In this document: one piece after another, positions 45,661 through 53,582 of the stretch
Layout of the letters: each line of letters begins with the position of its first letter
How positions within the stretch are numbered: position 1 is the stretch's first letter
Source: Bacteroidota bacterium
Lineage (GTDB): Bacteria; Bacteroidota; Bacteroidia; Bacteroidales; F082
NCBI GenBank assembly: GCA_014382445.1
Contig: JACNJS010000010.1
Coordinates: forward strand, 20,198-84,197
Direction of reading: 5' to 3'
DNA: 64,000 nt
The notes under the pieces: generated by a model
What the model saw: the letters and a program-made list of their open reading frames with translations, nothing else
Databases searched by the model: none
Told to the model about the DNA's origin: nothing
Translations under genes and position numbers: made by a program

Positions 45661-47322
45661 TTAAAAGCCCTCTTCCAACATCTCCCTTGCAGTAATTAAG
45701 GCATTTGCACTTACCTTTTCATTACTTAGTATTTTGGCTAACTCTTCTACCCTGCCCTCGTTGTTAAGTTGGTCGATAGCTGTTACCGTTGAATTATTTG
45801 TAGTTATTTTATGTACTTTGTAATGATGATCTGCTTTTGAAGCAATTTGAGCTAGGTGTGTTATTGAAATTACCTGATGATTTTTTGACATTTTCTTGAT
45901 TATACTACCAACTTTTCCTGCAATTTCACCGGAAACACCGGCATCAATTTCATCGAAAATAACAGTTGGCAGCATTTGTTTTTTATTTATCAACGATTTA
46001 ATTGCCAGCATCAGCCTTGATAGTTCACCTCCTGAGGCTATCTTACTAATTTCGCCAGGTTCAACTCCCAGGTTTGCATTAAACATAAACTGAACCTTAT
46101 CCATACCTGTGGTGTTAAATTCGGGCAATTGCTCAATTTTCACAACGAACCCTGCATCCTTCATTCCCAGTTGAATAAGTATCTGTAATACAGCATTGGA
46201 AAATTTACTGCTGCCTTTAGTTCGTTCATTATGCAAAATTTTTGCATTCTCCTCTAACTTTTTCTTAACAGTAGAAAGGTCTTTTTTCACCGTATCAATC
46301 TCTTCATCAAGCGATCTAATACTCTGAAGTTTTTGGTCGTAGTCGTTTCTCAGAGTAATCAGGTCATCAACCGACTGAACATGGTGTTTTTGAATTAAAG
46401 TATAAACAGCACTAAGTTTTTCGTTAACAAGTTGTAATTCATGTGGGTTAAAATCATCATCACTGTTTAACAGTTCAATTTCTCCCAGTATATCTTTTAG
46501 TTCAATTGTAACACTATCAAGCCGTTGCACCAGCTCTTTCAAGTTTGGCAGATAAGTCTGGATATTTGAAATTATTTTAGTCATTTCCAGCAAACTATCA
46601 ATTACAGCATTTTCATCATTATTTAGAATTGATTCTGTCTGAGATAATGCATGCTTTATTTCTTCGGAATGCTCCAGAAATTTTGCTCTGGTTTCAAGCT
46701 CGGCTACTTCCTCGGTGTTCAGGGAAGCCTTATCCAACTCTTCAAATTGATACCTGAAATAGTCCTCATCCTTAACAGCCTGATTATTAAATGCAACTAA
46801 TTGCTGTAATTTTTTGGTTAAAGAATTGTAGCTTTGATAAACATTTTTATAATCTACTAATAAATCAGGTACATTAATAAAATCATCCAATACGTTTAGC
46901 TGAAATGAAGCATCCGACAACTGAAGAGTTTCATGCTGCGAATGCACATTCACAAACTTGTTTCCAAGATAAACCAATAGCTCCAGATTAACGGGAGTAT
47001 CATTAATAAATGCTCTTGATTTACCCGAAGGAAGTATCTCACGCCTGATAATGGTTTGCCCATCATAGTCCAATTCATTGTCACTAAAAAACTTTTGCAA
47101 TGACAAATTTCCATTATCGAAAACACCTTCGATAACGCACTTTTTCGACTTATCTTTAAGAACACCAGGATCAGCTCTTCGTCCTAAAATTAATGAAAGA
47201 GCCCCAAGAATAATAGATTTTCCTGCTCCGGTTTCGCCGGTTAGTACCGAAAACCCATCAAGAAATTCAATTTCCAAACTCTCAATAAGAGCATAATTAA
47301 TTATGGATAAAGACTTTAACAT
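45661..47322 (-). CDS. recN: DNA repair protein RecN
   Basis: Walker A GETGAGKSIILGAL, long coiled-coil middle, signature SGGELSRLMLA, Walker B VIFDEIDAGVSG. Confidence 0.92.
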   Translation of the reverse strand: MLKSLSIINYALIESLEIEFLDGFSVLTGETGAGKSIILGALSLILGRRADPGVLKDKSKKCVIEGVFDNGNLSLQKFFSDNELDYDGQTIIRREILPSGKSRAFINDTPVNLELLVYLGNKFVNVHSQHETLQLSDASFQLNVLDDFINVPDLLVDYKNVYQSYNSLTKKLQQLVAFNNQAVKDEDYFRYQFEELDKASLNTEEVAELETRAKFLEHSEEIKHALSQTESILNNDENAVIDSLLEMTKIISNIQTYLPNLKELVQRLDSVTIELKDILGEIELLNSDDDFNPHELQLVNEKLSAVYTLIQKHHVQSVDDLITLRNDYDQKLQSIRSLDEEIDTVKKDLSTVKKKLEENAKILHNERTKGSSKFSNAVLQILIQLGMKDAGFVVKIEQLPEFNTTGMDKVQFMFNANLGVEPGEISKIASGGELSRLMLAIKSLINKKQMLPTVIFDEIDAGVSGEIAGKVGSIIKKMSKNHQVISITHLAQIASKADHHYKVHKITTNNSTVTAIDQLNNEGRVEELAKILSNEKVSANALITAREMLEEGF

Positions 47323-47493
47323 AATATCGATTTCTTATCTATCAGTTGTTTCGTTTTTCTGCTAATGTACAATATTTTCAGTTTTCTTCTTCTGTCCTCT
47401 TTACTAAGGCTAAATTTTATTTTGATGTGCTGTGATAATTTTGCCAGGATTTCAGATTGTTTTAATCTATTTGTAATAAAGGTTTGATTCCTT

Positions 47494-47557
47494 TGCCCGT
47501 AGGGCATTTATATCCATAGCAAATTAGCTTTCCATGAGATTGATTTCCCGAAGGGAA
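47494..47557. repeat. REP-like GC hairpins downstream of the tyrosine transposase gene
   Basis: tgccc-gta-gggca (47494-47506) and ttccc-gaa-gggaa (47545-47557). Confidence 0.55.
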
Positions 47558-47595
47558 TTAACAGTAGTCACAAATTCAGGCACATACATCAATAT

Positions 47596-48057
47596 TTATT
47601 CAATGGGCTTGAAAATGTAGCGGTCATCAAATTCGATATCATTCTCTTTAAGAAACTGCAGGTATTCTTCTCTAAAGGATTCTTTCATATGATGCTGCTG
47701 TTGTTCTTCAATATATTTTATTTTTTCCTGCAATTGTGATTTACCGAGAGAAAATGCTCCAAATCCTTCTTGCCATGAAAACTTCCCAACCGATAGCCGG
47801 CTCTGGTTTATCCACAATGATGAACTTCTTTTCAAATGATACATCAAATCGGAAGGCGCCTGTTTTGGGGTCATGCTTATTAAAAGATGAATATGATCGT
47901 TCATTCCGTTTATCACATACAACTTATGTCCTTGTTGATCAATAATACCACTCATATACCTGTATAGGTTATCCTGCCATTTATTATTGATGAGGCATAA
48001 TCGGTCTTGAACAGCAAAAACATAATGCACATACAATTGGGTGTAGGTATTAGCCAT
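47596..48057 (-). CDS. IS200/IS605-like Y1 (HUH) tyrosine transposase, RAYT-like
   Basis: LYVHYVFAVQDR, HUH motif DHIHLLIS, WQEGFGAFS, and a catalytic-Tyr helix KIKYIEEQQQHH. No tnpB partner is present. Confidence 0.8.
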   Translation of the reverse strand: MANTYTQLYVHYVFAVQDRLCLINNKWQDNLYRYMSGIIDQQGHKLYVINGMNDHIHLLISMTPKQAPSDLMYHLKRSSSLWINQSRLSVGKFSWQEGFGAFSLGKSQLQEKIKYIEEQQQHHMKESFREEYLQFLKENDIEFDDRYIFKPIE

Positions 48058-48077
48058 ATTTTTCTTGTTTATGTTGA

Positions 48078-48140
48078 TGTCCTACGGACAATAAAATTAT
48101 TTTTAACATTGATTCTATTGATATTGAAGCCCTACGGGCT
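48078..48140. repeat. REP-like GC hairpins upstream of the tyrosine transposase gene
   Basis: tgtcc-tac-ggaca (48078-48090) and agccc-tac-gggct (48128-48140). gccctacgggc is the exact reverse complement of gcccgtagggc at 47495-47505. Confidence 0.55.
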
Positions 48141-48236
48141 AATAGATTCTTCTCTTGCGAAAATAAAGATTAATACATCAAAATTCAGAATTATTTCACT
48201 AACAGCACATCAAAATAAAATATAGCCTTTACTAAA

Positions 48237-49634
48237 CTAGTATTGGCGGTCAGATAAACGCATCTGCAACTTAACTGCTAACGAACTGAAAGTTTCTCCC
48301 CTATGCTCAAAATTATGAAACTGATCGTAGCTTGCAGCAGCCGGCGATAACAAACATATTCTTCCTTTGGTGGTTTTTCCAACAATGATATCAAAAGCAC
48401 TTTCTATTGAACTCACTTTAAATAACTGCTTATTATCTTTCGCAAAAATTTCAAACATCCTGTCGCCGGCCTTTCCCAGAAAAATAAAATTATTGATTTC
48501 GGAAGTTTCCAGAAACTCAACCATCTTTGTATAATCCAAACCCCGATCGTAGCCTCCAAGGATAAGGGTATCAACATTTTTAAGAGCTTTAACCGCTGCT
48601 ATGGTTGATTCGGGTACGGTTGAAATACTGTCGTTCACAAACCTGATTCCACCAAATTCACCAACATATTCAAGACGATGGGGTAAACTTTTAAAATTTT
48701 TAAGTGAATTAATTGCTACATCAATATCTCCACCTATTTCACCAACTGCAATCAAGGCTGCCTCAATATTTACATTATTATGATTACCTGCTAATGGTGA
48801 ATTTTTAATTTTGAACTTTGAGTTTTTATCATCAATCTGAATAATCTTTGTTTTCTTATCCTGATTGCTGATTTCTGGTTTCTGGTTTTCAAATCCATGA
48901 TAGACTCTTACAAGTTCGTCTGAGGAGGACTTTAGAGGGTCGGGATTATTATTATTACCAACCAGCGATTCATGAATAATCAAACAATCATCCTCATTTT
49001 GAAACTTGCAAATATTGAATTTAGCATTTTGATAATCTCTGATGTTGTTGAAATAATCTAAATGTTCAGGAAACACATTCAGCAAAACTGCAATATGTGG
49101 CGACCTGTGCAAATATTCCAGTTGATGAGCAGATAGTTCAAAAACAATAAAACAATCCTTTTCAATGTCATCAATCATGTTAAATGCCGGAATGCCAATA
49201 TTTCCTAACAGTAATACTTTTTTATTATCAGCCTCAAGAAAATGTTTAATGAGGCTGGCAGTTGTACTTTTACCTTTTGTTCCTGTTACACCAATAACCT
49301 GATTAGCATAACATTGAAGAAATAAATCTGTTTGTGATGTTATTTTGCCTGATAAATCACTTTTATCATTACCAATGTTTACTCCCGGCGATTTTATGAT
49401 TATGTCAAAATGTTTAAGCGAATCCAGATAATCAGAGCCCGTAATAATCTTCAGTTTATCATCATTTAACAATTCGGTAACGCTTGCAATTTCAGTATTT
49501 GAATCGGCAATTCCCAAAATTAAATCAGGGAAATGTTTTTTGATAAAACTATATGTTGACCTCCCCTCTTTACCATAACCGAGTATCAACACTTTTGGAT
49601 TACCGGAAAAAAGGGAATTAAGTAATTCAATCAT
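48237..49634 (-). CDS. murD: Mur ligase, MurD-type (UDP-MurNAc-L-Ala--glutamate ligase; possibly the L-Glu-specific MurD2 variant)
   Basis: N-terminal Rossmann-like VLILGYGKEGRS, P-loop VIGVTGTKGKSTTAS, 465 aa. Not in a dcw context. Overlaps the upstream ORF by 8 nt. Confidence 0.75.
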   Translation of the reverse strand: MIELLNSLFSGNPKVLILGYGKEGRSTYSFIKKHFPDLILGIADSNTEIASVTELLNDDKLKIITGSDYLDSLKHFDIIIKSPGVNIGNDKSDLSGKITSQTDLFLQCYANQVIGVTGTKGKSTTASLIKHFLEADNKKVLLLGNIGIPAFNMIDDIEKDCFIVFELSAHQLEYLHRSPHIAVLLNVFPEHLDYFNNIRDYQNAKFNICKFQNEDDCLIIHESLVGNNNNPDPLKSSSDELVRVYHGFENQKPEISNQDKKTKIIQIDDKNSKFKIKNSPLAGNHNNVNIEAALIAVGEIGGDIDVAINSLKNFKSLPHRLEYVGEFGGIRFVNDSISTVPESTIAAVKALKNVDTLILGGYDRGLDYTKMVEFLETSEINNFIFLGKAGDRMFEIFAKDNKQLFKVSSIESAFDIIVGKTTKGRICLLSPAAASYDQFHNFEHRGETFSSLAVKLQMRLSDRQY

Positions 49635-50991
49635 TTAAAGCATTTTTAAGTATCGGTTCAAATCTTTCAGGGATTAGTTGTTCAGTATTAAATTCAGAGA
49701 TCAGGCTATTAAAGTCAATCTCATAGTGATTTTCTAATTCGATATTTTTCAACAATACCGGCATATCATCATATTGTTCTGAATATTTCCACAAAGCAGC
49801 CATAACTTCATCAGGAGTACCAACGCACTCAAATGGTTTAACAGCTGAAAAACCAATAAGTTCATCAAAAATAACTTTAAGTGATAAATCATCCAACATG
49901 TCTTTCCCAAAAATTTCAATTAGTTTATCACGATCGATAAACGGGCTTAAAATTATGTATGTAAAAAGACACTTGGAGCACTTCCCACACCAGTTATCGG
50001 CTTTACTCCCAACATTACAGCTTCGGGTAATTTTAAAATATTGAGGATATCCCGAAAATATTTTGGCGATCTGCAACTCATTTACAGGCCTTAAAAAGCT
50101 GAAATAATTAATATGGGAGTGCATGTAATTTTTCAGATACCAGGCAAAATCATTCTCAAACTCGAATGTTTTTGAATACTGATGATTAATGTTTGTGGAG
50201 GGTACGGTGCTTTGGTTAGCACTACTTTCGTTTGAGAGAGCAATATTACCTACACCCGAAATTAAACAAGTTAAAGCACCGGTAAAAGCCAGAAGTGCTG
50301 AAAATGGTGTATGGCCGTTAAGAAATCCCAATCTATTAAGTTCCAACAACTTATCATCAATTGTTCGATTAATAACAATAGATTGGTTGATAATGTAACC
50401 CGCAGTGTTAATGGTTCTGATACTTGCTTCGCTGGGATTAACCATCATAGGTATTACAGGTACTTTATTTTTGGTAAGCAATTCAATAGTAACTGCCGAA
50501 TCTTTTCCTCCACCAATGGGAACAATAACTTTGTTATCATCAAGTTTAGCTGACGACAAATTAACATTCATCCCATGAGATGATATGCGCATAAACGAAT
50601 CGGAATCAGCACAAATTCCGTTAAGATAGTAGAATTCTCCAAGTCCGTGGAAGTATAATTTTTTCCACCATGTTACTTGTTTTTTATCGAGATTGTGTGG
50701 CCTGATAATAACTTTCGGTGGGCAGGCAGCTTTCCAGTAGCTTATAAGTTCAACCATTCCAATGTGGAAAACAAAATTATTTACATCACTTTCACTAACC
50801 GAATTTAAAGAATAAAAACTCTTTGCAGGAATCTTAATAACAGGTTTAAACAAGTACTTATCACTTAAGTTAAAACAAAATTCTGCCTCAAGATTTCCAT
50901 TTATCAAATTAAATTCATAACTTTGATATTCGAAAAAAGGATATTCGTTACGAAGCGTTGCGTAAAGTTGTTGATTATCCCTGACAGTCAA
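49627..50991 (-). CDS. PP-loop-like ATP-utilising protein; candidate MurL-type epimerase partner of the Mur ligase
   Basis: 454 aa. VIVPIGGGKDSAVT (a variant of the SGGxDS PP-loop) and C-terminal NWCGKCSKC. Coupled to the Mur ligase through the ATGATTGA overlap. Confidence 0.4.
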   Translation of the reverse strand: MTVRDNQQLYATLRNEYPFFEYQSYEFNLINGNLEAEFCFNLSDKYLFKPVIKIPAKSFYSLNSVSESDVNNFVFHIGMVELISYWKAACPPKVIIRPHNLDKKQVTWWKKLYFHGLGEFYYLNGICADSDSFMRISSHGMNVNLSSAKLDDNKVIVPIGGGKDSAVTIELLTKNKVPVIPMMVNPSEASIRTINTAGYIINQSIVINRTIDDKLLELNRLGFLNGHTPFSALLAFTGALTCLISGVGNIALSNESSANQSTVPSTNINHQYSKTFEFENDFAWYLKNYMHSHINYFSFLRPVNELQIAKIFSGYPQYFKITRSCNVGSKADNWCGKCSKCLFTYIILSPFIDRDKLIEIFGKDMLDDLSLKVIFDELIGFSAVKPFECVGTPDEVMAALWKYSEQYDDMPVLLKNIELENHYEIDFNSLISEFNTEQLIPERFEPILKNALND

Positions 50992-51063
50992 AATATTGGT
51001 ATGTTTTTTGTTATTAAAAGTTTGTAAAAATAATGGTTTTCTGCCATAATTAAAATAGATCTG

Positions 51064-51654
51064 ATGAACAGCTTTGATAAATTTGTGAAAGTAAGCACTA
51101 ACAACCTCCGACCAGCTAAGGGCAGGCTACTGCTTTCGGAGCCACTTATGGGCGACTTTTTCTTTGGAAGAGCGGTTGTATTGCTTGCCGAGCACAACGA
51201 TGAGGGTTCATTTGGATTAGTATTAAATAAACCCCTACTTCAGAAATTTAATTCGATTGTTAAAGATTTTCCTGATTTTGATGGTCGCTTGTTTTTAGGT
51301 GGTCCGGTTGAGACCAACAACTTGTTTTTCATTCATACTGTTGGTGATATAATTGAAGGTTCAATTGAAATAGGCTCAGGGATATATTGGGGAGGTGATA
51401 TTGAAATAATTAAAGAGATGATGCTTCTTAAGTCGATCACACCCAACGACATAAGGTTTTCAATTGGTTATTCAGGCTGGTCACCCGATCAGTTACAGGC
51501 CGAATTAAAAAGAAACTCATGGCTGGTTTCAAAAGGATTAAATAAAGATATTCTGAAAATTGATCCAAAAAAAATGTGGGAAAAACTTCTTGCTCCTCTG
51601 GGTGATGAATACAGTTACTGGCCTAATTTCCCACCAGATCCGGGGTTGAACTAA
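51064..51654 (+). CDS. yqgE: YqgE/AlgH family (UPF0301) protein
   Basis: GRLLLSEPLMGDFFFGRAVVLLAEHNDEGSFGLVLNKP...GGPV...GYSGWSPDQLQAEL is the classic YqgE/AlgH pattern. Confidence 0.85.
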   Translation: MNSFDKFVKVSTNNLRPAKGRLLLSEPLMGDFFFGRAVVLLAEHNDEGSFGLVLNKPLLQKFNSIVKDFPDFDGRLFLGGPVETNNLFFIHTVGDIIEGSIEIGSGIYWGGDIEIIKEMMLLKSITPNDIRFSIGYSGWSPDQLQAELKRNSWLVSKGLNKDILKIDPKKMWEKLLAPLGDEYSYWPNFPPDPGLN

Positions 51655-51688
51655 CAAATTAATTATATAATATATTGTGAATTAATAA

Positions 51689-52090
51689 TTACTCTTCAAG
51701 TATTCTTCCCATTGTACCGACTACTATTTTCATTTCAAAAGTTTTTACTGGAGGTACGTTTTCCTCCCATTTTCTATGGTAAACTAGCAACAAATCACAT
51801 TGTCCATCAGCAACAGTTTGAAATTTGAAAGTATAAACACCACCTGAGCCAATTCTGTCGTTGTTTGGTTTGAAAACGGGCTCACCCACCTGCTTAATAA
51901 CAGTTGAATCGAATGGCATTACCTGCCATGCATAACCAGTTGATGGATTTCCCGAAAGCTCTATTTCGAATGGATCATCATTACTAAGATTTACTGTAGT
52001 GCCATTATCATCATAAGTGAATTGCCCGGCACAAGAACTCATAAAGATCACTATCGTGATAATGGTAGTTAGTGTTAATATATTTTTCAT
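51689..52090 (-). CDS. chagasin-like (I42 family) cysteine peptidase inhibitor, lipoprotein
   Basis: Lipobox FMSSC. I42 signature NPSTGYAWQ and a later GSGGVYTFKF loop. Confidence 0.8.
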   Translation of the reverse strand: MKNILTLTTIITIVIFMSSCAGQFTYDDNGTTVNLSNDDPFEIELSGNPSTGYAWQVMPFDSTVIKQVGEPVFKPNNDRIGSGGVYTFKFQTVADGQCDLLLVYHRKWEENVPPVKTFEMKIVVGTMGRILEE

Positions 52091-52111
52091 GATTAAATGT
52101 ATTAGACGTGC

Positions 52112-52720
52112 TTAAAAAATAGTCGAGAAAAAATTCTGAATAATCCCTGGAACTAAAATTATCATTAGCACAATTCCGAAAACTGCTCCCCAAAAATGCG
52201 CAAAGTGTCCAATATTATCTCCGCCTTTTTTTCCCATATAAGCTGAATAAATCAGATAAGCAATTCCAAAAACCCACGATGGTAATGAAAACGGTATTGG
52301 GAAAAGAAAAATACTGCCAGATGGAAACATCAGAATACTGGCAAAAACCACAGCAGAAACTGCACCCGAAGCACCTACAGCATTGTAATACATATCATTT
52401 TTATGCTTCCCAAAATCATATAATGTTGAAAATAAAACGCCTCCAACGTAAAGTAATGCATAATAGAGCGACCCAATTGCTCCGAAACTAACATTAAAAA
52501 ACTGTTCTGCACCGCTACCAAAAGAATACAGCACGTACATATTTATTAGCAAATGCATCCATCCTGAATGAACCAGTGCATAACTGAAAAAACGCCATTT
52601 TTCGCTAGAATGCTTTATTTGATAGGCATTGAATTTCAGCTTATTAAATAATTCAGCATTATTAAAAGCGCTTACTGAAATAATACCTGTAGCAACAATT
52701 ATTATAATTGTTATAATCAT
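52112..52720 (-). CDS. rhomboid family intramembrane serine protease
   Basis: 6 TM; HSGWMHLLINM (H..xxN) and the catalytic GASGAVSAV (GxSG) motif, with a downstream HFAHFWG histidine. Confidence 0.8.
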   Translation of the reverse strand: MIITIIIIVATGIISVSAFNNAELFNKLKFNAYQIKHSSEKWRFFSYALVHSGWMHLLINMYVLYSFGSGAEQFFNVSFGAIGSLYYALLYVGGVLFSTLYDFGKHKNDMYYNAVGASGAVSAVVFASILMFPSGSIFLFPIPFSLPSWVFGIAYLIYSAYMGKKGGDNIGHFAHFWGAVFGIVLMIILVPGIIQNFFSTIF

Positions 52721-53553
52721 TCGATAATAGGAGTTTCGTTTTTTTGATTTTCTGTTTTTGTATGGTCAATTTCCGAACCCATTACACTATGAGGTATTAA
52801 ATAAACCATAAGCATAGCAACTACAGCAATAAGTGGCCAAATTTTGTTTTCAGGTTTTTTTCTGAGAACAAACCATGCTATTAACCAAAAAATAAATGTA
52901 AACAGCGTTTTGTTATCGGTAAGATCATGACCAAAAGGCCATCCTGTCCAGTAAGCATCAAAAGCAAATTTTTGAACAAATGGCCCTAATATTAATCCAC
53001 CTATAAATAAAGTAATAAGAACAATACCCGTGTAGTTTTTTGTATCAACATTTCTAAAAAATAACTCAAGACCAACTCTCAATGAAAATAGAATGGATAT
53101 AAACATAAAAAATATATGCGGAAAAAGTACCCATTTTGGCACAACCCCCTTAAATCTAATAATTGCCGGTTCTTCGTTAAGCAAATAATCAATACCATTA
53201 CTGTGAAGCGTAATTGTGTATTCAATTTTCCCTGCAGGTGGCTGATTGGGTATTACTGCAATAAGCTTTTCATCTTCTCGAATCATCTCCATTGTTGCCC
53301 AATCATCATGACTTTTAAATCTTTTTTGGGTAATACTACCGGTGATATTTGTACTTTTCGTAATTATCTCAACCAAAGCATCCTGTTCCCCTCCAAATGT
53401 TCTGATAAGTTTGTACTTGATAACTTCTCCATCAACCGTAACTTTCCCGCGTACAGGATAGGTTGGTCCGGTGGAGCGTTGGTAAATTACCAAAGCTAAA
53501 GTCAATACTATCGCAACAACCCAAAGCAGAATGTTTTTTCCCTTATCACTCAT
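52717..53553 (-). CDS. hypothetical polytopic membrane protein with ~130-aa extracytoplasmic N-domain
   Basis: N-terminal TM, soluble beta-rich segment, then 4-5 TM helices. 4-nt overlap with the rhomboid gene. Confidence 0.4.
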   Translation of the reverse strand: MSDKGKNILLWVVAIVLTLALVIYQRSTGPTYPVRGKVTVDGEVIKYKLIRTFGGEQDALVEIITKSTNITGSITQKRFKSHDDWATMEMIREDEKLIAVIPNQPPAGKIEYTITLHSNGIDYLLNEEPAIIRFKGVVPKWVLFPHIFFMFISILFSLRVGLELFFRNVDTKNYTGIVLITLFIGGLILGPFVQKFAFDAYWTGWPFGHDLTDNKTLFTFIFWLIAWFVLRKKPENKIWPLIAVVAMLMVYLIPHSVMGSEIDHTKTENQKNETPIIE

Positions 53554-53582
53554 AATAAAATTTTAATTTAAAATATAAAATA

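Noticed and set aside
47316-47507. 63-aa ORF upstream of recN
   Set aside because: K/R-rich low-complexity translation of AT-rich spacer. Its first codons are the REP-like hairpin gcccgtagggc. No recognisable domain.
50988-51197. 69-aa minus-strand ORF and 50189-50553 plus-strand ORFs around the MurL-like/yqgE junction
   Set aside because: They overlap better-supported genes or the divergent promoter region. No motifs.
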